Shown: positions 1 through 8,401 of the stretch, one piece after another
Layout of the letters: the number at the start of each line of letters is the position of its first letter
How positions within the stretch are numbered: position 1 is the first letter of the stretch
Origin: an uncultured Spirochaetota bacterium
Lineage (GTDB): Bacteria > Spirochaetota > Brevinematia > Brevinematales > JAOACQ01
Direction: 5' to 3'
Assembly: GCA_963768055.1 (NCBI GenBank)
Contig: CAVYGN010000002.1
Location: forward strand, 224,001 to 288,000
Length of the DNA: 64,000 nt
Made by a program: the position numbers and the translations under genes
Notes under the pieces: model-generated
Database searches by the model: none
Told to the model about the DNA's origin: nothing
Seen by the model: only the letters and a program-made list of their open reading frames with translations

Positions 1-1039
1 GTTTCATCCCTTCTGTAACACTCCTGGCCCTGACGTCCAGGAGACCCCTGAAAATAGCCGGGAAACCCAGGCAATTGTTGACCTGATTGGGAAAATCACT
101 TCTTCCGGTAGCTACTATGAACGCTCCGGCGGCATGAGCTTCATCAGGAAGGATTTCAGGGTCGGGGTTGGCCATTGCAAATATGACAGGTTTCAAGGCC
201 ATACTTTTTATCATATCGAACGTGAGAGCCCCTTTCGCAGAAACTCCTATAAAAACATCGGCTTTATTGACTGCATCTGCAAGTTTCCCTCTTTCACCCC
301 CGGGATTGGTCATTTTCGCGATATCTTCTTTCGAATGGTTCATATGCGATGACCTGCCCGAATATAAGACGCCTTCACGGTCGCACATAATTATATTCCG
401 GGCTCCGTAAAAGATCAGAAGCTTTGCTATGGCGACTCCCGCAGCGCCGCTTCCATTTATTACTATTTTAACATCGCCGATGTTTTTCCCTGCAAGTTTA
501 AGTGAATTTATTAGCCCGGCTAGAGTAACAATAGCCGTACCATGCTGGTCGTCATGAAAAACGGGAATGTCGAGTTCTTCAGAAAGCACTTTTTCAATCT
601 CGAAGCAGCGTGGCGCGGATATATCCTCTAAATTTATTCCTCCCGCCCCGGAAGAGATCATTTTAACCGTATGAATTATCTCACCGGTATCCTGTGAGGA
701 AATTATTATCGGATAGGCGTCAATTCCGCCGAAGATCCTGAATAACAGGGCCTTACCCTCCATAACCGGCAGGGAGGCCTTTCCGCCTATATTGCCGAGT
801 CCCAGAACGGCGCTTCCATCGCTGACCACAAAAACCGTATTACCCTTTACTGTATATTCATAGACTTTTTCTTCATCCCCGCTGATCTCCATGCAGGGAA
901 CAGCCACCCCTGGAGTATAGGCAAGAGACAATTCCCGCCTTGTTTCCACGGAAACTTTCGGGATTATTTCAATTTTTCCGTTTCCTATCCCGTTTTTCCT
1001 GTGATATTCAAGCGCCGCTGTTTCAAGATCGCTCATCAT
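1..1039 (-). CDS. NAD(P)-dependent malic enzyme (truncated by window edge)
   Basis: Reverse translation gives MMSDLETAALEYH...LSLAYTPGVAVPC...DGSAVLGLGNIG...PVMEGKA...INLEDISAPRCF...PVFHDDQHGTA...GRSDFPNQVNNCLGFPAIFRG, all malic enzyme motifs. Not in the ORF track because it runs off the window. Confidence 0.93.
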   Translation of the reverse strand, partial: MMSDLETAALEYHRKNGIGNGKIEIIPKVSVETRRELSLAYTPGVAVPCMEISGDEEKVYEYTVKGNTVFVVSDGSAVLGLGNIGGKASLPVMEGKALLFRIFGGIDAYPIIISSQDTGEIIHTVKMISSGAGGINLEDISAPRCFEIEKVLSEELDIPVFHDDQHGTAIVTLAGLINSLKLAGKNIGDVKIVINGSGAAGVAIAKLLIFYGARNIIMCDREGVLYSGRSSHMNHSKEDIAKMTNPGGERGKLADAVNKADVFIGVSAKGALTFDMIKSMALKPVIFAMANPDPEILPDEAHAAGAFIVATGRSDFPNQVNNCLGFPAIFRGLLDVRARSVTEGMK

Positions 1040-1113
1040 AAAATAGCATTCTCCTAAAAAGTATAATAGAAACGCCCATAAGTTTAATTTGCAAGGGGGC
1101 TTTTGGCAAAAAA

Positions 1114-1734
1114 AGGACCGCTCAAACAATACCAGCTTTTATGGAGTCAATTTTTATCTTGCTGGGATTCGAGAAGGGTCGAATCGATTAATATGCTAAT
1201 CTCTTTATGAAGTAAATTTTTTCCGCACTGTGTTCGATAGCTTGAGCCGCTAAGTCTCAAAACAGCAGTCCCGCCCTCTATTTTGATTTTTTTAATTTTA
1301 GTAAAAATTAAAAAAATAATATAAATGAAGGCGGGGCTTTCACTGTTTTTCACCTTGCGGCTCTACGCTATCTGCATAATGCGCGTAAAAAATTTACTTC
1401 TAACAGCTTTGCTTATTATCTTTAATTCGACAGAAGAGGAACTATACTTTCCCGTAGATTTAAATAATATACTTTTTTTGAAACAATTTTTTTAGCGAGT
1501 TCATTACGAAGAATGCGTAAGAGCTGCCGAGGAAAAACGGCAGGGCAAGCGCTTTAGCCGGGATCGTTCAGTAACCAATTGTAATTTATTAATGATATCA
1601 AGATAAGGTTCTTTATTAAAAGCATTCCATCAGCACTTGCAGCCGTTTTGAGTCGATGCAGCTCCAGTATTCGAGTAATGCTCGATAAAAAAATTGTTTC
1701 ATTAAGAAGATTGTATATTGTTTGAACGGCCCCC
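1114..1734. repeat. Composite hairpin repeat (MITE-like), copy A: module X (long hairpin ~1178-1431) plus module Y (long hairpin ~1458-1734)
   Basis: The ends GGACCGCTCAAACAAT... and ...ATTGTTTGAACGGCCCC are imperfect inverted repeats. A 25-nt block at 1197-1221 is identical to 49987-50011, and module Y is homologous to 50085-50360. Confidence 0.8.
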
Positions 1735-1744
1735 TCCCAATGCC

Positions 1745-1773
1745 TTGATTATTTATCGCTTCTGCAATAGAAT
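1745..1773 (+). promoter_or_regulatory. sigma70-type promoter
   Basis: TTGATT-17 nt-TAGAAT upstream of the 1801 CDS. Confidence 0.55.
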
Positions 1774-1800
1774 ATACAGAGTTAATAATAGGAGAAGCCT

Positions 1801-2295
1801 TTGCTTACCCCTTCGGAACTATTCATAATTTACCTGTTCATAGGCTTGTTTATATTCCTTGGAATCGTTTTCCTCTTCTCGTTCAGTTTCATATTAAAAA
1901 AAAGAGAAATCGAGGATAATAATTTACCCAGATATAGTCAAAAAACAGTAAAGAACAGGCGGAAAGTTCAGGCCGGGAGCAAGGCAAGCAATATAGGCGG
2001 CGATTTCAGGGAAAAGCTGGGGGAGAAAATTGTAAGATATATGATCGATATCTCAAAGTCAGGTGAAAAAAAACAAGTAACCGACCGTATCCAGAAAATC
2101 ATACAGGAATGCAATAATTTGAATTCTCTGAAATTGCCGGCAGAGAATAAAAGGATAATTTCCACGGTTCTTCTCTGGGCTAAGGGGTTCGAAACCGACA
2201 GGCACATATCCGAGATTAAGATCTTCCAGCGCTCGTCTCAAATAAGCTACGATCCGAAAAAAAGAGATTTTCAGTTAAGGCTCTTCGGCAAATAA
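1801..2295 (+). CDS. hypothetical protein with N-terminal transmembrane helix
   Basis: 164-aa ORF with AGGAG RBS and TTG start; hydrophobic residues 7-32 followed by a basic stretch. Confidence 0.75.
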   Translation: MLTPSELFIIYLFIGLFIFLGIVFLFSFSFILKKREIEDNNLPRYSQKTVKNRRKVQAGSKASNIGGDFREKLGEKIVRYMIDISKSGEKKQVTDRIQKIIQECNNLNSLKLPAENKRIISTVLLWAKGFETDRHISEIKIFQRSSQISYDPKKRDFQLRLFGK

Positions 2296-2364
2296 CGCGA
2301 TGGAAAATTGATAAATTGGGAAGAAAAAGCCTATAATTTATGGTAACATACAGGAGGCTCTACA

Positions 2365-3708
2365 GTGAACAGTGAATCATTCCGGGATTTGACAAGTTCC
2401 GATCTTTCTATCAAAAGGCTGGGAACATGTAATTATGAATCCGATTTTACCTATTCAAACGATCCTGTCGAAGCGGCCTCCAGCTTCACGCCTGAAGATG
2501 AAAGGGTACTCGCTATTACGGATAATTCCGCTGCAATTTATTTTCTTAAAAACAATATTCCTATGCCTTCGTTTGAAAAAGCCGGGGCCCGTAAAAAACT
2601 TTTCTTCGAGCCGGGTAAGACGATCTCGGCGATCGTAACCTGCGGCGGCCTTTGCCCCGGCCTGAATTCAGTTATCCGGGGGATAGTTATGATGAATTAC
2701 TATCGATACAGCAATCAAATAACATACGGAATTAAATACGGATACGCGGGCTTTATCAAGGAAAACGATTTTGAAATTCCCCTTCTAACCCCCGAACATG
2801 TAGAGGGAATTCATACTCAGGGCGGAACGATTCTCGGTACCTCAAGGGGTCCTCAGAAAGCGGAAAGGATCGTAGACCGGCTGATAGAGTTGAACGTAAA
2901 AATACTCTATACTATCGGAGGCGACGGCACTTTAAAGGGCGCGATAGATATAGTGAAGGAGATTGGGAAGAGATCATTGAAAATTTCAGTGATCGGAATT
3001 CCAAAAACCATTGACAACGATATTGATTTCATCGACAGGTCCTTCGGGATGGAAACCGCTTATTCTGAAGCATGCAATTCGATTTATTCAGCTCACACGG
3101 AATCGCAAGCAGCAATAAACGGGATAGGGATCGTAAAGGTAATGGGAAGGGAATCTGGTTTTATTGCCGCGCACGCAACCCTTGCCACGAATGACGTTAA
3201 TTTCTGCCTGGTTCCTGAGCTCAGCTTCAATATGGATGGAGAAAAGGGTTTTCTTGCCATGCTTGAGAAAAGGCTTCTTAGAAGACACCATGCCGTAATC
3301 GTAGTAGCCGAGGGAGCCGGCCAGAATTACGTAACAGACCTGGAAAACAAGCGATACGACCCCTCCGGAAACATAAAGCTTGGGGATATTGGAATATTTC
3401 TAAAAGACAAAATAAAAGATTATCTCGGCAGTAAAAATATACCTACATCCATTAAATACCTCGACCCGAGCTACAGCATTCGCAGCCGCGCTCCGACGCC
3501 AAACGACTCCATTTTCTGTTCCCAGTTGGCACAGATGGCCGTTCATGCCGGTATGACAGGGAGAACCGGCCTTGTCACAGGTTATTCAAACGGTCAATTC
3601 ATACACCTGCCTATGGAGCTTGCCGTTCTCAAAAGAAAAAAGATCGATCTTCATTCCCAGCTCTGGTATTCGGTCATTGAAGAGACCGGCCAGCCAGTTT
3701 CTTTTTGA
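2365..3708 (+). CDS. pfkA: ATP-dependent 6-phosphofructokinase (group X type)
   Basis: TCGGLCPGLN, GGTILGTSRG, GGDGT (ATP-type Gly), PKTIDND, MGRESGFIA, KYLDPSYSIRS. Confidence 0.92.
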   Translation: MNSESFRDLTSSDLSIKRLGTCNYESDFTYSNDPVEAASSFTPEDERVLAITDNSAAIYFLKNNIPMPSFEKAGARKKLFFEPGKTISAIVTCGGLCPGLNSVIRGIVMMNYYRYSNQITYGIKYGYAGFIKENDFEIPLLTPEHVEGIHTQGGTILGTSRGPQKAERIVDRLIELNVKILYTIGGDGTLKGAIDIVKEIGKRSLKISVIGIPKTIDNDIDFIDRSFGMETAYSEACNSIYSAHTESQAAINGIGIVKVMGRESGFIAAHATLATNDVNFCLVPELSFNMDGEKGFLAMLEKRLLRRHHAVIVVAEGAGQNYVTDLENKRYDPSGNIKLGDIGIFLKDKIKDYLGSKNIPTSIKYLDPSYSIRSRAPTPNDSIFCSQLAQMAVHAGMTGRTGLVTGYSNGQFIHLPMELAVLKRKKIDLHSQLWYSVIEETGQPVSF

Positions 3709-3720
3709 CGGGGATTAACC

Positions 3721-6594
3721 ATGAAAAAGGCCATTAACTTATTTATACTGATTTTCCTCGCTTCATACGCCTTCACAGTTAATTCAGATTCCGACAGGTA
3801 TTTCAATTCCGGTAAAGCGTCCTTCAACGACGGATCATATTCTATGGCAATAACTTTTTTTCAGAAATCAATCCTCCTGGACCCTGACAGTCCGCATGAC
3901 GATGAAGCCTCCTTCTATATCGGGCTATGCTATTACCAGGAAGGGGATTACGATAAGGCTATCCAGGCATTCGTGAAATTTTCCAATGATTACCCTGATT
4001 CTATTTTCAAGGAAAGATCGATTTTTATAATCGGGGACTCGAATTTTAAAATAAAAAACTATGAAAAGGCCATCCAGAGATTAAGGCTATTTATAAAATC
4101 ATACCCTCAAAGTAAATTAAACCCTAATGCCCATTACATCGTAGGCAACTCTCTTCTCCTTTCAGGTAAATACGATGAGGCTGCCGACGAATACGATTAT
4201 GTCCTGACAAATTATCCCTCAAGCGAATATACCGAGGAAAGCTCGCTCCGCCTAGGCGAGGCGTATTTTTTCGATAAAGACTTAAAAAAGGCTGAAGAAA
4301 CATTGAAGGGTTTCCTTAATAAATATACTTCAACATCACGAGGGGAAGAAGCGGACTTTTTCCTTGCCAGGTGTTATTACGAGAACAGCGATCTTGACGG
4401 CGCTCTAAAAACCTTCACCCGCCTTGCAGCGGTTACGAATTTCAGCTATTGGCAGGACGCCCTTTATTATTCTTCTATGATCTTTATAAAAAAGAGCAAT
4501 TTCGACGAATCAGTCAAATATCTTTCGGTTTTATCTCAGATCACAAAGAGCGATTATCATGACGAGGCCCTTTATAAACTGGGGTTGTTATATAAATTAA
4601 AGGGAGATATACCGCCTGCAGTTAAATATTTTACAACACTTATTTCAGCAGAAAAAGGGGAATATACCGGTAAGGCCTATCTTGAACTCGCTTCCTGCTA
4701 TATAATACTTGGCGATAATGAAAACGCCGTTAAAACTTATGAAAAGCTTGCCGCCCTCGGAGGAGAAAATTCAGCGCTCGCAGTTTCAAAAATCGCGGAG
4801 CTTAAATTCCTTAACAAGGACTATAAAAGCGCCCTTGATAATTTTTCAAAGATAATGAAGGATTATCCCGATACTGAATACGGTAAAAACGCTCTTTACT
4901 GGATAGGAAGGTGCTATCTTGAGCAGGGCGATTATAAAGACGCAGTATCCTCATTTGAGGATTATATCAAAATGGAGCCTCTATCCGACAAAACTGAAGA
5001 GATAAACCTGTTTATTGGAAACGCATACGCCGGGATGGAGGACTACGATACAGCCCTGATATCTTATGAAAAAATCCTGAAAAAAAGCGGTTCGCCGCAT
5101 TCGGATGAGGCGTTGAACGCCGAAGCTTTGATCTATGTGAAAAAGAACGAGTACGAAAGGGCAATCTCTTTATACAGGAAGATAATCGATAATTATCCCA
5201 AAAGCCCGCTTATTCCCCTTTCATATTACAGTATTGGCATAATCCAGTATAATCTAAAAAATTACAGTGACGCACTTCAAACCTTTAAGCAAGTTTCTTC
5301 GAACTTTCAGGAGTCTCCCTATGCCGCTGACGCGTCGCTGAAAATCGGATGGATTTATTACAAGCAGGAAAATTTTGACGCCCTTGCAAAGTATCTCGGA
5401 GGAATAGATAAAACTTATTTTACTGCGGAACAAAAATCTGAAAGCTACAACCTTTCAGGCTGGGCCGAGTACCGCCTTAAATCATATCCGGAGGCTATCG
5501 AGAATTTTAAAAGATCGATGGAATTGACCTTAGATACTGCAAAGATCCTTGAAGACATGCTTTATATAGCGAAATCTTATTACAACCTTGAGAATTATAC
5601 GGAATCCATAGAAAGCTACCGTAAATATATTGAAAAGGCAGATTTATCCGGAGCCACCGAAGATATCCCGGCCGCTCTTTCCGATATGGCATGGTGCTAT
5701 ATTAAGACCGGAGACGACCAGAAAGCCGCGTATATCTTTCAGGACCTTGTTAAAAAATTCCCTCAAAGCCCTTACACTGCAGAAGCCCTCTTCAAACTGG
5801 CTGAAAATTATTATAATAATTCGGATTATCGAAATGCCATCCTAAATTATGAAAAGATCATTCAAATTTCAGGAGAGGGGGAATTTTCTTCCGCTTCCGT
5901 CTACTGGATGGCTTGGTCCTACTATAATTTGAAAGATGAAATAAATGCCCTTAAGTTTTTCGTTGAATACGAAAACAAATATCCGAAGGGGGATTACTCT
6001 ATCGATTCCCTCCTGCGTGCCGCCAATATCTATTACGATCTTAATAATTACGAAAAGGCCGGGACATATTATAAAGAGCTTATACTTCTGCATCCCGAAT
6101 CTCCCGAAGCTGAAATGGCCAAGGTCCGGAACGCCGAGATAGAGCTTAAGATTCAAAGCGGCGGGGACGAGGAAAAACTTTATAAAATCCTTATCGATAA
6201 AAGCAATACTCCCGAGGGAAAGGCCGAAGCCATGTACAAACTGGCTATGGTTTATAAAAGAAAGGGAAAAACAGCCGATGCCGATAATTTGTTCAATCAA
6301 ATCATAAAAATTACCACCGGCGAAAACGCCGCTCTCTCAACTTACGAGCTCGCGGAGGAAAGCCTGGATAAAGCCGCATATGACGATGCGATAAAGTTAT
6401 TCGGAAGTATTTTTTATGTTTATAAATACACTGAAATTTACCCTCAAAGCCTTTATGGAATATCGATGTGTTATTATAAGAATGGGGATATCAATACGGC
6501 GAAACAATATCTCCTGAAACTTATAGATAAATACCCTTCGACCGCCTGGGCCGATCAGGCCCGGGCGCTGATTAAAGAGATCTATATGCACTAA
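3721..6594 (+). CDS. exported multi-TPR protein (BamD/YbgF-like TPR repeats)
   Basis: Signal peptide, then many repeats of A.Y..G..Y...G.Y..A...F......YP.S. Confidence 0.85.
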   Translation: MKKAINLFILIFLASYAFTVNSDSDRYFNSGKASFNDGSYSMAITFFQKSILLDPDSPHDDEASFYIGLCYYQEGDYDKAIQAFVKFSNDYPDSIFKERSIFIIGDSNFKIKNYEKAIQRLRLFIKSYPQSKLNPNAHYIVGNSLLLSGKYDEAADEYDYVLTNYPSSEYTEESSLRLGEAYFFDKDLKKAEETLKGFLNKYTSTSRGEEADFFLARCYYENSDLDGALKTFTRLAAVTNFSYWQDALYYSSMIFIKKSNFDESVKYLSVLSQITKSDYHDEALYKLGLLYKLKGDIPPAVKYFTTLISAEKGEYTGKAYLELASCYIILGDNENAVKTYEKLAALGGENSALAVSKIAELKFLNKDYKSALDNFSKIMKDYPDTEYGKNALYWIGRCYLEQGDYKDAVSSFEDYIKMEPLSDKTEEINLFIGNAYAGMEDYDTALISYEKILKKSGSPHSDEALNAEALIYVKKNEYERAISLYRKIIDNYPKSPLIPLSYYSIGIIQYNLKNYSDALQTFKQVSSNFQESPYAADASLKIGWIYYKQENFDALAKYLGGIDKTYFTAEQKSESYNLSGWAEYRLKSYPEAIENFKRSMELTLDTAKILEDMLYIAKSYYNLENYTESIESYRKYIEKADLSGATEDIPAALSDMAWCYIKTGDDQKAAYIFQDLVKKFPQSPYTAEALFKLAENYYNNSDYRNAILNYEKIIQISGEGEFSSASVYWMAWSYYNLKDEINALKFFVEYENKYPKGDYSIDSLLRAANIYYDLNNYEKAGTYYKELILLHPESPEAEMAKVRNAEIELKIQSGGDEEKLYKILIDKSNTPEGKAEAMYKLAMVYKRKGKTADADNLFNQIIKITTGENAALSTYELAEESLDKAAYDDAIKLFGSIFYVYKYTEIYPQSLYGISMCYYKNGDINTAKQYLLKLIDKYPSTAWADQARALIKEIYMH

Positions 6595-6663
6595 ATTATA
6601 ACAATTTTCCTAATTATTGATAAAATTTACACTTTGATTTATTATTAATTTATATTAGGGTTA

Positions 6664-6901
6664 GGGCGCTTCCAAAAAGTAACCTTGTAATCGATAAATG
6701 ATGTTCTAACAGTAATAAAACCCCACCCTACGGGCATAAACCCTATGGGCCCTGGCGCCTGGCCTGGTGCCAGTCCCCAGGACAGGTGCATTTATACTTG
6801 CGTATAAACGCAAGCACTACCTTGCCGCCCTTGTGCCGGCTTGCTCGGCGTGAAAAGGCGCTTGTCCTGAACCGTAGGTTCAGGGGTTTTTAGAAGTGCC
6901 C
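6664..6901. mobile_element. 238-bp MITE-like element with 15-bp terminal inverted repeats and a GC-rich multi-helix interior
   Basis: GGGCGCTTCCAAAAA (6664-6678) vs TTTTTAGAAGTGCCC (6887-6901), 13/15 complementary; preceded by TA; no coding capacity. Confidence 0.65.
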
Positions 6902-6928
6902 GTTAGTAATCGATATCAGGAGACGCAT

Positions 6929-8401
6929 ATGGGTAAACTTTTCGACGCTCTTCCGGAAAGCTTTATGAAGAAGGTTTTAAAGGATGAAAACGGGGAAATC
7001 GTTGAAAATCTTCTCGCTATAAAGGAACAATTCGAAAAAGAGCAGGACAAGGATACAAAAGTTGTCTTCAAAGAACGCCTTACTTCGGCTTTCTGGAACC
7101 TCTATACGGCAATAGGCCAGAAGCTCACGGACAATAGCCCGAAAGAAAAGAGATTGTTTTTAAGATTCGGAATTCTGGACATGAAATATCTGGCACAGGA
7201 TGAACAAAAGCTGATCCTTTCACAGCCTTTCGAAGAAAAGGACGCGGAAGATACTGTTTTCTATATGGATGAATGGCTCATCGGGATATTGAAGGGGCAG
7301 CTAAAACCAAGCATAGTCGACGAAGCATCCAATAAGAGATCCTCAAAGTCGATGGATGATGTCCAGCAGACGAAATATGAGAGAACTTCAGGCCTGCTCG
7401 AAGCCAATAAAAAAAATTATTTTAATACCCTTGAAAAAAGAAAGATACAGGAAGAAGCCCTGCTTTCACTTTCGAACATGATCTGCTCGCACCCTACAGA
7501 CCCGCTTTTCAACACAGCGGATGTTTATAACGACGACCAGCTTAAAAAAATGGATGATATATCCGAAATATCCAGGGAACTTAAAAGAATAGACAAGGAA
7601 TTAAATTTAACAAAAAAATCATATTATGAAAATTACGAAGAGATGAAGGAACTGGAATCCTCTATTATGGAGTCCAAGGGCCAGCAGGAGCAGGTCGGGG
7701 GATATACAGTCGATTCCCATACGGCAGAATCGGAGATCGGTGCCCTCCGCCAGATGGTTAAAATGTGCGTGGGCAGGCAGGGGAACCATTTTCCCATACT
7801 CTTAAGTTCCTTTATCCCGAAAGAGTCAAGGGATTATAACTTTAAAAGGCCTGCCTATCAGAAACTGAAGGAACTCGAAGGAATGGATTATACTATTTTT
7901 GAAAGGACTTTCAGGCAGCAGACTCACAGGATACCTCCCTATATAATATTAACCCCGGGTTACGGCAATTACGGCATCTGCTGGGAACCCTACGATAAAT
8001 ACAATAAGGCTACAAGTAAAGGTAGGATCGCAATACCCATATTTTCACGCAATCCCAAGATTTCACTTGTAATCGCTCTGGGAGATTTCAGGTGGCAGGT
8101 CGCCAAGGAAATGGCCGGCTATCACTGGATGGACGAAGGCCTGACCGCAAGATACTACACTTACCTTGATACAAACAAGATAAAAGGGGATATAAAAACC
8201 CATTTCATAAACGATTACATGCTGTGGATGATGAAGGAATCGGAAGGCATTCAGAAGCTCGATAACCAGGATGTCCGCTATATTTTCTGGCGTTTCATAC
8301 CCTTCCCCGATAAGATCAAGGAAGAACTTTCAAGCCATGGGTTTTACTATAACGACCTCTATAAAAAGGAACTTAGCTTCAGAATGTCCAAAGAGCATTA
8401 A
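6929..8401 (+). CDS. conserved hypothetical protein with central coiled coil
   Basis: Long ORF. ATG 6929 follows an AGGAG RBS; the ORF-track GTG at 6896 lies inside the MITE end. C-terminal PYIILTPGYG..W...GRIAIP...LGDFRW block. Confidence 0.8.
   Translation: MGKLFDALPESFMKKVLKDENGEIVENLLAIKEQFEKEQDKDTKVVFKERLTSAFWNLYTAIGQKLTDNSPKEKRLFLRFGILDMKYLAQDEQKLILSQPFEEKDAEDTVFYMDEWLIGILKGQLKPSIVDEASNKRSSKSMDDVQQTKYERTSGLLEANKKNYFNTLEKRKIQEEALLSLSNMICSHPTDPLFNTADVYNDDQLKKMDDISEISRELKRIDKELNLTKKSYYENYEEMKELESSIMESKGQQEQVGGYTVDSHTAESEIGALRQMVKMCVGRQGNHFPILLSSFIPKESRDYNFKRPAYQKLKELEGMDYTIFERTFRQQTHRIPPYIILTPGYGNYGICWEPYDKYNKATSKGRIAIPIFSRNPKISLVIALGDFRWQVAKEMAGYHWMDEGLTARYYTYLDTNKIKGDIKTHFINDYMLWMMKESEGIQKLDNQDVRYIFWRFIPFPDKIKEELSSHGFYYNDLYKKELSFRMSKEH

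Noticed and set aside
1147..1353. Similar short minus-strand ORFs at 1147-1353 and 49934-50122 (GKNLLHKEI.ILIDS)
   Set aside because: The similarity is explained by the DNA repeat; starts and N-termini differ and there is no RBS.
1114..1734. Hairpins as integron attC sites or a CRISPR array
   Set aside because: No RYYYAAC/GTTRRRY core sites at the hairpin bases, no integrase, no regularly spaced direct repeats and no cas genes.
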